From Candidatus Latescibacterota bacterium (GTDB taxonomy: Bacteria > Latescibacterota > UBA2968 > GCA-2709665), in contig OZ252100.1 of NCBI GenBank assembly GCA_965248435.1, forward strand, positions 480,001-544,000: a stretch of DNA of 64,000 bases. The letters run 5' to 3'. Every line of letters starts with the position of its first letter. Within the stretch, counting starts at the first letter, position 1. This document shows, piece by piece, positions 9,859 through 18,119 of the stretch. The position numbers and the translations under genes are program-made. The notes below the pieces were generated by a model. That model was not told the origin of the DNA. It saw only the letters and a list, made by a program, of their open reading frames with translations, and ran no database searches.

Positions 9859-10889
9859 ATGAAATCAGCCCCCGTTTGCTCTGTTGCATTCCTTGCTTCG
9901 GGATTTCTGTGGGTGGTTGGACCTGCGTGCGAACGTCTACCCACACAGCCCATCGAACCCCGCCGTCTTCCCGTTCAGGGAATCACGCTGGTGGATTGGA
10001 CCGCGAACGGCTATAGCAGGAGGTCGTCCGACCGGGCGATCGAGGCCATCGCGAGCGTCGGCGCAACCCATCTCGCGATTATTGTCACCGCCTATCAACC
10101 GGACATCAGGTCGAATGAGGTCACCGCGGACAGCAGGCGAACCCCCGTCCCATCGGCTGTGGGTCAGGCGCTCGCAAAGGCGCAGTCACTCGGATTGGAT
10201 GTGGCAATCAAGCCTCATATCGACCTGGAAGACGGGAGCTGGCGGGGTCACATCTCACCTTCTGATCCGACGGTCTGGTTCGAGTCCTACACCCGCTTTC
10301 TGCTTTCCTGGGCGAGGATGGCCGAGTCTGTGGGAAGTCGCCGGTTTTTCGTCGGAGCGGAGCTGGCCTCAACACTGCACCACGCGACGTTGTGGCGACG
10401 GACGATCTCGCAGGTCAAATCTGAATTCTCTGGTGAGCTTGTCTACGCGGCCTCGTGGGACGAGGCCTTCAACGTCCCGTTCTGGGAAGACCTGGACGCG
10501 GTCGGAGTAGACTTCTACTTTCCAGTCACGAACCGAAAGGACCCCGGTCGCCTGGAAATCCTTGCGAATTGGCAGCCCTGGATCGACCGGCTCGGTGCGC
10601 TGCACAAGCGCACTGGACAAAACATCATCCTGACAGAGATCGGCTACCGAAGTGTCGACGGAGCGGGCATGCACCCATATGCATTCGACACCACCAGCAG
10701 GCTGGACCTGACTGAACAGGCTGACCTCTACTGGGCCGCCCTGGAGGCAACCGCTGATGTTCCGTGGCTCTGGGCATGTACTGGTGGAACTGGCCCTCGA
10801 ACGGGTCGGGAGGCCTCGACGACACCGACTTCACTCCCGCGGGGAAACCGGCCCAGGTGGAACTAACCAGGAGCTGGAGTGGCCCTTGA
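9859..10889 (+). CDS. Glycoside hydrolase family 113-like exported protein, apparent frameshift near 10772
   Basis: Signal peptide; KPHID...WRG, GAEL, YAASWD, GVDFYFP, LTEIGY. The family C-terminus GMYWWNW...DFTPAGKPA lies in another frame ending TGA 10889. Confidence 0.8.
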
Positions 10890-11431
10890 AGAGACTTCTG
10901 CGGGCCCTCATTCTACTTGCATTTTCTCTACACTTCTGGGCACCCTCCCCATCAGCTAAAAACGATCCCTCAATCCCGTACATCCGAGCGGGGGCCATCG
11001 AACTCGGTCTTTCGGGTTCCCTTACAACCGTGGAAGGCCTATCGCGCGGCCTCGCTTCGGTACGAGGTGGAACGTTCCTGAGTGCGATAAACGGCCTTGT
11101 GGGCTTCGAAGCGGAGCTGTCTTATTCACACGTTCAATCTCTAGACAGGGTAGACGTGCTGGGCCACCTGTCGTGGCAGCGTGCTGTTGGAAGGAGCTCG
11201 GTTTATCCCTACGTCGCAATCGGAGGCGGGATCCGAAAGGAATGGATCGGGAGCTTCCGACAGGTGAGGGTTCCGCTGGGGTTCAGCCTTGGGCTACGGG
11301 CGCTACTCAGCCAGCGCGTGGCCTTTCGAACCGAGTACCGGTTTTTGCGGGTGATGAGTGATCCCATTTCCAATTTCTCAGAGCACCAGCTGACCATCGG
11401 ACTGTCTATCTTTTTCAGGAATTCGACGTAA
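10886..11431 (+). CDS. Outer-membrane beta-barrel protein
   Basis: TTG overlaps the GH113 stop. Signal peptide MKRLLRALILLAF, alternating beta strands, PYVAIGGG, C-terminal IGLSIFF. Confidence 0.7.
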   Translation: MKRLLRALILLAFSLHFWAPSPSAKNDPSIPYIRAGAIELGLSGSLTTVEGLSRGLASVRGGTFLSAINGLVGFEAELSYSHVQSLDRVDVLGHLSWQRAVGRSSVYPYVAIGGGIRKEWIGSFRQVRVPLGFSLGLRALLSQRVAFRTEYRFLRVMSDPISNFSEHQLTIGLSIFFRNST

Positions 11432-11444
11432 ACTGGATCCGGGA

Positions 11445-12989
11445 ATGAAAGAGATGCTTCTTGGAAACATCCTGCGCCGGAACGCAAGTGCCGCCGGCCT
11501 GCGAGACAAGACCGCCCTCATCTTTGGCGAGGAGGTTCTCACCTACAGCGAGTTGAACGACCGGGTCAACCGACTGGCGAACGGCCTGATCGATCTGGGC
11601 GTGAAACGTGGTAACCGTGTTGCTGTCCTGGGTAGAAACTCAAACACGTATGTCATGATCTACTTCGCGCTCGCCAAGATTGGTGCGATCATGGTCCCGG
11701 TCAACTTCTGGTACCGCAGCAAGGAGATAGAATACACGCTCCGGCACTCGCAGAGTTCTGTACTGATTCTGGACGGTCGGTTTGCAGACGCAGTAAAGCC
11801 TGCCCTGGAGGGACATCCACTCAAGGAGATGCTTTACTATGGCCAGCATCCCGCGGGCAGACATACTGCGCTTGAGGACATCATTGATGCTTCGCCGCCC
11901 CATGAGCCGAATGTCGAAGTGGCAGAAGATGATCCACACATCATCCTCTACACGAGCGGGACGACAGGCTTCCCGAAGGGCGCCACATTATCTCACAAGA
12001 GTCATTTCCTGCACGCCATGTCGATTGCGAAGTCGACTGGGGGTCATCCGGAGGACGTCGGCGTCATCCTCTACCCCCTCTTTCACACAGGTGGTCCCGA
12101 TTGTGTCTTGCTCCCCCACTTCCTCCTCGGCGCCACGGGGGTCGTCCTGGACGGAGCAGAGCCTGAGGTCATTCTTTCGGCCACGGAGCGGCATCACGTC
12201 ACCAACATCTTTTGTGTACCGACCGTCTGGCGCTGGATACTGACTAAGCTCAGGGAGAAGAACTTCGATGTGGGCTCCGTCAGGCGCTGCCTCGCATCCT
12301 CCGATACGCTTTCGCCGGAAATCCTGAAGGAAATGCTGCAGAAGTTCGACGCCGACGTTTACAATACTTATGGTCTGACGGAGGCCGGATGCGTTCTCAC
12401 CGTCTGCCGACTGTCTCGTGAGGATCGGAGCAAACTCGGATCAGTCGGTCGACCCATGGCGTCCGTGCAGCTTCGTCTGGTAGATGAGGAAGGCCGACCG
12501 GTCAAACAAGGTGAAGTCGGGGAAGTGGTGGCGCGAACGCCTTCTGTGATGAAACACTACTGGAACATGCCGGAGGAAACAGCGCACGCTACGCGCGATG
12601 GCTGGCTTCACAGCGGAGACCTGGGAAGGTTGGATGAGGACGGGTACCTTTTCATATCCGGGCGGGCCAAAGATATGATCATCAGCGCGGGCGAGAATAT
12701 CTATCCGATTGAAATAGAGCGTCTTCTGAAGGAAAACCACAAGATTCGGGATGTGGCCATCATCGGCATCCCGGATCCGGAGTGGGGAGAGTCGGTCGTC
12801 GCGGTGATCGTGCCGTCAGACGGTGCAGACATCTCTCAAGAGGAAGTGATCGAATACGTAGGGTCCCGAGTCGCTGGATACAAAAGACCTAAGCACGTGG
12901 AGATCGTGGACGAGCTGCCCGTCACGACCGCCACAGGTAAGGTGAAGAAGAACGAACTCAGGGAGATCTACGCGAAGAAGTACGGATGA
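11445..12989 (+). CDS. Acyl-CoA synthetase / long-chain fatty-acid-CoA ligase
   Basis: YTSGTTGFPKG, YGLTEAG, SGDLG, GRAKDMII, TGKV. Confidence 0.9.
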   Translation: MKEMLLGNILRRNASAAGLRDKTALIFGEEVLTYSELNDRVNRLANGLIDLGVKRGNRVAVLGRNSNTYVMIYFALAKIGAIMVPVNFWYRSKEIEYTLRHSQSSVLILDGRFADAVKPALEGHPLKEMLYYGQHPAGRHTALEDIIDASPPHEPNVEVAEDDPHIILYTSGTTGFPKGATLSHKSHFLHAMSIAKSTGGHPEDVGVILYPLFHTGGPDCVLLPHFLLGATGVVLDGAEPEVILSATERHHVTNIFCVPTVWRWILTKLREKNFDVGSVRRCLASSDTLSPEILKEMLQKFDADVYNTYGLTEAGCVLTVCRLSREDRSKLGSVGRPMASVQLRLVDEEGRPVKQGEVGEVVARTPSVMKHYWNMPEETAHATRDGWLHSGDLGRLDEDGYLFISGRAKDMIISAGENIYPIEIERLLKENHKIRDVAIIGIPDPEWGESVVAVIVPSDGADISQEEVIEYVGSRVAGYKRPKHVEIVDELPVTTATGKVKKNELREIYAKKYG

Positions 12990-13002
12990 GGAGCAGAAGC
13001 GT

Positions 13003-13100
13003 GAGTGCTGGGGAAATGGAATATTGGAGCAATGGAAAACCAAAGGCCGGAATACTGGTTCTTCCCAATACTCCAACACTCCAGTACTGCACTACTCCAG
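13003..13100. repeat. Inverted repeat built of 8-nt periodic units
   Basis: Left arm gagtgctg/gggaaatg/gaatattg/gagcaatg; right arm caatactc/caacactc/cagtactg/cactactc. Confidence 0.7.
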
Positions 13101-13223
13101 AATCCCGCGGCGACAAGCTGCGGGTCGTTCCTGCGCTGTTGGTGACCCATTATTTGATATTTATGCTGCTATTGAGACGCGAAGGAAACACTGACTAGAG
13201 CCCTCACCCCGCCTTCGCCAGCG

Positions 13224-13246
13224 CGCACCCTAAAGGGTGCGACTAC
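13224..13246 (-). repeat. GTAG-type REP-like palindrome
   Basis: Minus strand reads GTAG-T-CGCACCCT-TT-AGGGTGCG. Confidence 0.6.
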
Positions 13247-13364
13247 GAGTCGCTGGCTTCACAAATTTCGCGAAAATGCTCTTTATATGAGGGACTTATG
13301 ACAGGGCAAGCGACAAAACCCACGATACCCGTTAGCCGTGTTTTGATTTCCCGGCACCCGGTCC

Positions 13365-14126
13365 TTACTCGTCCCCTTTCTTCTTGGAGAAGAATCTCTT
13401 GATATTCCTCTGTGCCTGGGATGACGACACGCACCTTCCAAGCCCCTCCGCCTCTATGGCCTGTGCCCTATCCCGATCCATGGCCTGGGAGGTAGCCTGC
13501 TTCGCGTATCTGATCGCAGTCGGATCCTTCTCCGCAAGACGTTTTGCTAATCCAACCACTTCACCCATCAAATCCTTCGTCGGCACGACGCGGTTGACGA
13601 GGCCGATCCGTTCCGCCTCGACGGCATCGATGCGTTCCGCAGAGAAAATCAGCTCCTTCGCGCGGGCGGACCCGATGAGGCGGGGCATGCGAAACGTCGC
13701 GCCCGCCGCGGGGATCCACCCCATGCCGACCTCGGGCTGGCCGAAGATGGCGTCCTCAGCTGCGATTCTGAGATCACACGCCATGGCCAGCTCACACCCT
13801 CCGCCGAGCGCATAGCCGTGGACCGCGGCGATGCTCGGCTGCGGCAGCGCCTCAAGCTTGTCGAGCGTACGATTCTCGAGCCAGGCGATCTCCTCTACTT
13901 CTCCTCGAGATGCACCGCGCAAATCAGCGATGTCCGTACCCGCACAGAATCCCCGTCCCCTGCCGCCAACGACGAGCACGCGCACATTTCTATTCTTCTC
14001 GATCCGATCGAGCAGTCTTGAAAGCGCCCGGTAGGTTTCTTGATTGATTGCGTTCAAGACATCCGGGCGGTTCAGGCGAAGGATCCCGACACGGTCCTTC
14101 ACCGAGAAGAGGATCGGCTTCGGCAT
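13365..14126 (-). CDS. Enoyl-CoA hydratase/isomerase family
   Basis: LNRPDVLNA, FCAGTD, AVHGYALGGGCELA, FGQPEV. Start coupled (TGATG) to the upstream stop. Confidence 0.9.
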   Translation of the reverse strand: MPKPILFSVKDRVGILRLNRPDVLNAINQETYRALSRLLDRIEKNRNVRVLVVGGRGRGFCAGTDIADLRGASRGEVEEIAWLENRTLDKLEALPQPSIAAVHGYALGGGCELAMACDLRIAAEDAIFGQPEVGMGWIPAAGATFRMPRLIGSARAKELIFSAERIDAVEAERIGLVNRVVPTKDLMGEVVGLAKRLAEKDPTAIRYAKQATSQAMDRDRAQAIEAEGLGRCVSSSQAQRNIKRFFSKKKGDE

Positions 14127-15028
14127 CAGCCGGCTTTCCCGATCTTGATGCCGCTCATGTGCTCCATCGCCTTGCAAACGGCCGAAAAATCCAGTTTGCC
14201 CGCGCCCAGCCTGCTGGCGATCGCGAACAACTGGTAGGCGGGTCCCCCGAGCGGCGCAGGCACGTTCAAGGCCTTTGCCAGATCCACGCCAATCCCCACA
14301 TCTTTCTTCATCAGATCGAGCATGAAACCCGGCTCGAAGAAGTCTTTCAAGATGAAATCCTTTCCGCGTTGCTGAAGGGCGAACGAGTTTGCCGTGCTGA
14401 CGCTGATGACATCGTGCATCACCTCGGGATCAGCCCCTGCCTGGATGCCGATCGTAAATGCCTCTACGATGGCGGAGATGTTGATCGCCGCCATGTACTG
14501 GTTGACGATCTTTACCGTCTGTCCGACGCCAATGGGGCCGACATTAAACAGGTTCTCTTCCTTGCCCATCGCCTTGAAGATGCCCTGGCACCGCTCGAAG
14601 TCAGCCTTGTCTCCACCCGCCATGATCGTGAGCGTGCCGGCGATCGCACCTGTTTCACCCCCACTGATAGGGGCATCCATCACGTGCACGCCCTTCAGCG
14701 CCACCGCCTCCGCGATTTCCCGGATCGTCAGCGGGGAGATCGTGCTCATGTCCACGATCAGATCGCCTTCGGAGGCCCCTTCCAGAACCCCGTTCTCTCC
14801 GAGGATGACTTCCCGGACCTCCGGGTCCGCGGTCACGCACGTGACGATGATATCGGTGGCCTCTGCGACTGCCTTCGATGATCCCACGGCCTTACCGCCT
14901 GCCTCCTCAGCCTCCTTGATCACTTCTGGACGTCTGGCATAGAAAGTCAGGTCAAATCCTGCCTTCAACAGGTTCTTGGCCATCGGCTTGCCCATGATGC
15001 CCAGTCCCACGAAACCGATTTTGTCCAT
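14126..15028 (-). CDS. NAD(P)-dependent beta-hydroxyacid dehydrogenase (2-hydroxy-3-oxopropionate reductase / 3-hydroxyisobutyrate dehydrogenase family)
   Basis: IGFVGLGIMG, DAPISGG, GQTVKIVNQ, PGF..DLMKKD. Confidence 0.88.
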   Translation of the reverse strand: MDKIGFVGLGIMGKPMAKNLLKAGFDLTFYARRPEVIKEAEEAGGKAVGSSKAVAEATDIIVTCVTADPEVREVILGENGVLEGASEGDLIVDMSTISPLTIREIAEAVALKGVHVMDAPISGGETGAIAGTLTIMAGGDKADFERCQGIFKAMGKEENLFNVGPIGVGQTVKIVNQYMAAINISAIVEAFTIGIQAGADPEVMHDVISVSTANSFALQQRGKDFILKDFFEPGFMLDLMKKDVGIGVDLAKALNVPAPLGGPAYQLFAIASRLGAGKLDFSAVCKAMEHMSGIKIGKAG

Positions 15029-15095
15029 CAACATTCTCCTTTCTGGTCAGCGATCAACACAGACGGCGAGCTGAATAACTTGATCCTCCCTTTTG

Positions 15096-15123
15096 GCGGT
15101 CAGTGGTCTGTAGTCTGCGGTCC
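15096..15123. repeat. Heptamer-periodic intergenic repeat
   Basis: gcggtca-gtggtct-gtagtct-gcggtcc. Confidence 0.55.
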
Positions 15124-15137
15124 AGCACAGCTTCTTC

Positions 15138-16493
15138 TTAACTCACACAGGCCTCTTTCTCCATCCGGCGCCGAAGTCGAACGACGGAATCGCCCTCATC
15201 TATCTCGACATCGGACCACCGTAGGTGCTGCCCCTCGGAGATATCATTCTTCAACTTCACGCTTTTCGCCAGGCCAATAGGAAGTAACCCATCCTCCAGC
15301 GCGTCCCCCGCCGGCATCAACCTTCCGTAAACACAGTAGCCACCCTCTCCATCCAGAACCTCACCCGCCGTCAGTTCGCGCTTCGCCGTTGCGACCACAT
15401 CCGCGTGGAATTCGCTGGGATAGCCCGTCGCCTCTCTTTTCAAGCCGGCCTTCAGGACCGAGACGGCCAGCTCCATCCCGATCAGATGATACGATCGATA
15501 CATGGCGGCGTAACGGCCTCTGTCATCGGTAGGCAGCCCATACTCTCCCAAGCACCGTCTGATATAGTCGCTGCCTGCCTCGAAGGTCACGTAGACGCCC
15601 CAGCGAAGGTCATCCTTCACCGCGCGCCCGTCCCGCTCCAGGCTAGATACGACTTCGACCGTGCCGCTGTGTTCCAGCTGTCCCCCCTCACTCCTGGGTC
15701 GACATACGTTCGCCAGCTCATTGACCGGACATGGCGGAAAATTCAAACCTGCTTTCTGAGGCCGTAGCCCTGTCGCGTTCGCAACCGCCGCCATCTCGAC
15801 CGCAGATTTTGTCCCATCCAGGAACGAGTTGAACATCTTGGGGTTAAAATCTCCCTCAGCAACCTTCTCCTCGCTGTATCCGTAGTGTTCCCAGACCGTA
15901 TCAGGCGTGGACGCGTGATAGGCTGGCAGATACTTTGTCCCTTTCCCCGCGCAGACAACTTTAAATCCGCAGACCCTTGCCCATTCGACCAGTTCACAGA
16001 TCAGGGCCGGCTGGTCTCCATAGGCCAAGCTGTAGACGACGTCTGCCGACTTCGCGGCTCTTGCCAGCATCGGCCCCACCAAGGCATCAGCTTCCACGTT
16101 GACCATCACGACGTGACGACCGTAGTCGAACGCGGCGTGTGCATACCCGACTCCGGCTTGAGGATCACCGGTCGCTTCGACCAGGACATCGAGGCCGTTC
16201 GCCTTGATCAGTGCTTCGCCATCCTCTGTGAGATGGGTGGTTCCCTCCGAGATCGCCTGATCGAACGTCTGGGCGAAATCTCGCTCCGGCGGCCACTCCG
16301 CTCTTTTGAGGGCCTGCTTTATTCGTTCGACCGAAAGGTCCGCGATCCCAAGCACGTGAAGACCGGGTATACGATAGGCCTGGCTCAGGAACATCGTCCC
16401 GAACTTTCCGGCGCCGATCAAACCGACTCGGAGAGGCTTGCCTGATTCGGCTCGAGCGGCGAGTTGTTCGAGCATCGGTCTTTCCGTCAACAT
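15138..16493 (-). CDS. Homoserine-dehydrogenase-like NAD-dependent oxidoreductase with C-terminal SAF domain
   Basis: GLIGAGKFG, VNVEADALVGP, GDQPALI, FLDGTKSAVEM, LDGEGGY, LPIGLA. Confidence 0.85.
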   Translation of the reverse strand: MLTERPMLEQLAARAESGKPLRVGLIGAGKFGTMFLSQAYRIPGLHVLGIADLSVERIKQALKRAEWPPERDFAQTFDQAISEGTTHLTEDGEALIKANGLDVLVEATGDPQAGVGYAHAAFDYGRHVVMVNVEADALVGPMLARAAKSADVVYSLAYGDQPALICELVEWARVCGFKVVCAGKGTKYLPAYHASTPDTVWEHYGYSEEKVAEGDFNPKMFNSFLDGTKSAVEMAAVANATGLRPQKAGLNFPPCPVNELANVCRPRSEGGQLEHSGTVEVVSSLERDGRAVKDDLRWGVYVTFEAGSDYIRRCLGEYGLPTDDRGRYAAMYRSYHLIGMELAVSVLKAGLKREATGYPSEFHADVVATAKRELTAGEVLDGEGGYCVYGRLMPAGDALEDGLLPIGLAKSVKLKNDISEGQHLRWSDVEIDEGDSVVRLRRRMEKEACVS

Positions 16494-16520
16494 GAGCTCC
16501 TGGTTGATACGTGTTTCGTG

Positions 16521-17297
16521 CTAAGACATCAACCTCCCACCATCCACGTTGATGCACTGTCCGGTCAGACCAGACGACGCCTTGCTCGACAGGTAGACAG
16601 CCAGAGGTGCGATTTCCTCGGGCACAAGCCTTCGGCGCATCGGCGTCTGCCTGGCTTCCATCTCGGCGAAGGTTGTCCCGAGGCGCTCGGCGTCATACGC
16701 GATCCGCCTGTCGTTCATATGACTCTTCACCGGGCCGGGGCAGATCGCGTTCACGGTGATCCCGTTTTCCGCGACCTCCAGGGCGAGCGTGCGCGTCAAA
16801 CCGATCAGTCCGTGCTTGCTCGCCGAATAGGCCGCACCGTGAGGCACCCCCATTCGGCCGGCAATCGAGGCGATGTTGATGATTCGCCCATAAGACCTTT
16901 CGATCATCCCCGGCAGCGCACGCTTGCAGAAGAGGTAGGGCACGGTCAGGTTGACCTTGAGGAGCAACTCCCAGAACGGATCGTCATACTCAACGACCGG
17001 TTTCGGATTGTCGATACTCCCGATGCCAGCATTGTTGACGAGGATGTCGAGCCGGCCGAACGTCTCAAAGCAGTGGTTCCACACCCGGTCCACTGCACTC
17101 TGCCCGGCAAGATCGGCCACCACGACCGAACAGCGACCTGCATCCGATTCGACCTCACCCTTCAGCGCCTCGAGCTTGTCGGCCGAGCGGCCCGTGATGA
17201 CGAGGTCGGCGCCCTCATTTGAAAGGGCCTCCGCGATCGCGCGCCCGATCCCACGACTCGCGCCGGTGACCAGCGCGACCTGACCTTGAAGCTTCAC
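16521..17297 (-). CDS. SDR family oxidoreductase
   Basis: TGASRGIG, NNAG, YSASK, NAICPG. Confidence 0.9.
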   Translation of the reverse strand: MKLQGQVALVTGASRGIGRAIAEALSNEGADLVITGRSADKLEALKGEVESDAGRCSVVVADLAGQSAVDRVWNHCFETFGRLDILVNNAGIGSIDNPKPVVEYDDPFWELLLKVNLTVPYLFCKRALPGMIERSYGRIINIASIAGRMGVPHGAAYSASKHGLIGLTRTLALEVAENGITVNAICPGPVKSHMNDRRIAYDAERLGTTFAEMEARQTPMRRRLVPEEIAPLAVYLSSKASSGLTGQCINVDGGRLMS

Positions 17298-17334
17298 TCC
17301 TCCTCCTCGAGGAAAACGGCCATCGTTCGAATGA

Positions 17335-17712
17335 CTACGCGTACTTGATCACGTTGATCACGGCACCCTGGGGGTCCCTGATCGTGGCAATGCGCCCGAC
17401 TTCGATATCCTGCGGCCCCATAAGAATCTGAGCCCCAAGCTCCTCGGCCTTCTTGACCGTCGCGTCCGTGTCCTCTACAGTCACATAACTGCCCCAATGG
17501 GGTGGAACCCCCTCCGCTTCCTTCGGGATCGGCATCAGACCGGCAACCGGCTCCTCTCCTCTTTTCAGCATGGTATAATCAAAATCGGGCATGGGGAAGG
17601 CTTCGGTCGTCCATCCGAACACCTGTGTATAGAACGATGCTGCCGCTTCCGTGTCCGTTGTCATCAGCTCGTTCCAGCTGAAGTCACCTGGCTTGGAATC
17701 TGATCCTGGCAT
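17335..17712 (-). CDS. VOC/glyoxalase family protein
   Basis: WNELMTTD...FYTQVFGW, W.SYVTVED, DPQGA; GGAGG RBS. Confidence 0.85.
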   Translation of the reverse strand: MPGSDSKPGDFSWNELMTTDTEAAASFYTQVFGWTTEAFPMPDFDYTMLKRGEEPVAGLMPIPKEAEGVPPHWGSYVTVEDTDATVKKAEELGAQILMGPQDIEVGRIATIRDPQGAVINVIKYA

Positions 17713-17764
17713 ACGTCCATCCTCCATCAAAACGTGAGTTACCTGCCTGCGACCTCGGCTGAAT

Positions 17765-17884
17765 TCACTTTTTGGACATCTCGGCCCATCTCGCCCTCCA
17801 GATATCCCGGCCTAATTCACCTTGATGACGGCTTGGCCCAACTCGCCTTTTAGATATCCCGCCCCAAATCACTTTTTGGACATC
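17765..17884. repeat. Degenerate 52-bp tandem repeat (about 2.3 units)
   Basis: Units start at 17765, 17817 and 17869. Shared tcac...ggccca.ctcgcc....agatatccc; units 1 and 3 share the exact 16-mer tcactttttggacatc. Confidence 0.7.
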
Positions 17885-18108
17885 CCTTTCGTATACACCT
17901 TCCCCTGGATGATTTTGTGTGCAGGACGGCCCTGGATCATTTGAGCCCTTGCGAACTCCTGCCCGCATCCCGGACACCTGAGGTCTCCCTCCGTCCGATC
18001 TTCGACGATCCTGTCCAGGAAGCACTTGACCAGTCCCCCCCGACCCCCTTTATGATATTTGTAGAGGAGGACCCTGCATTTTGCGCAGTGAATAGAGATC
18101 GTGCGAAC
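17869..18108 (-). CDS. Small Cys-containing (Zn-ribbon-like) protein missing from the ORF track
   Basis: Open frame VRTISIHCAKCRVLLYKYHKGGRGGLVKCFLDRIVEDRTEGDLRCPGCGQEFARAQMIQGRPAHKIIQGKVYTKGMSKK*. Two CxxC; GGGGAG RBS; no upstream in-frame ATG/GTG/TTG. Confidence 0.7.
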   Translation of the reverse strand, partial: VRTISIHCAKCRVLLYKYHKGGRGGLVKCFLDRIVEDRTEGDLRCPGCGQEFARAQMIQGRPAHKIIQGKVYTKGMSKK

Positions 18109-18119
18109 GCTCTTCTCCC

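Noticed and set aside
12986-13198. 70-aa ORF MRSRSVSAGEMEYWSNG...
   Set aside because: It is the translation of the octamer inverted repeat, not a credible protein.
17765-17884. Mini-CRISPR array
   Set aside because: Units are similar across their whole length, only about 2.3 copies, and no cas genes.
17765-18025. 86-aa ORF from the track
   Set aside because: The wrong frame of the real Cys-containing small gene; its MSKK ending comes from the tandem repeat.
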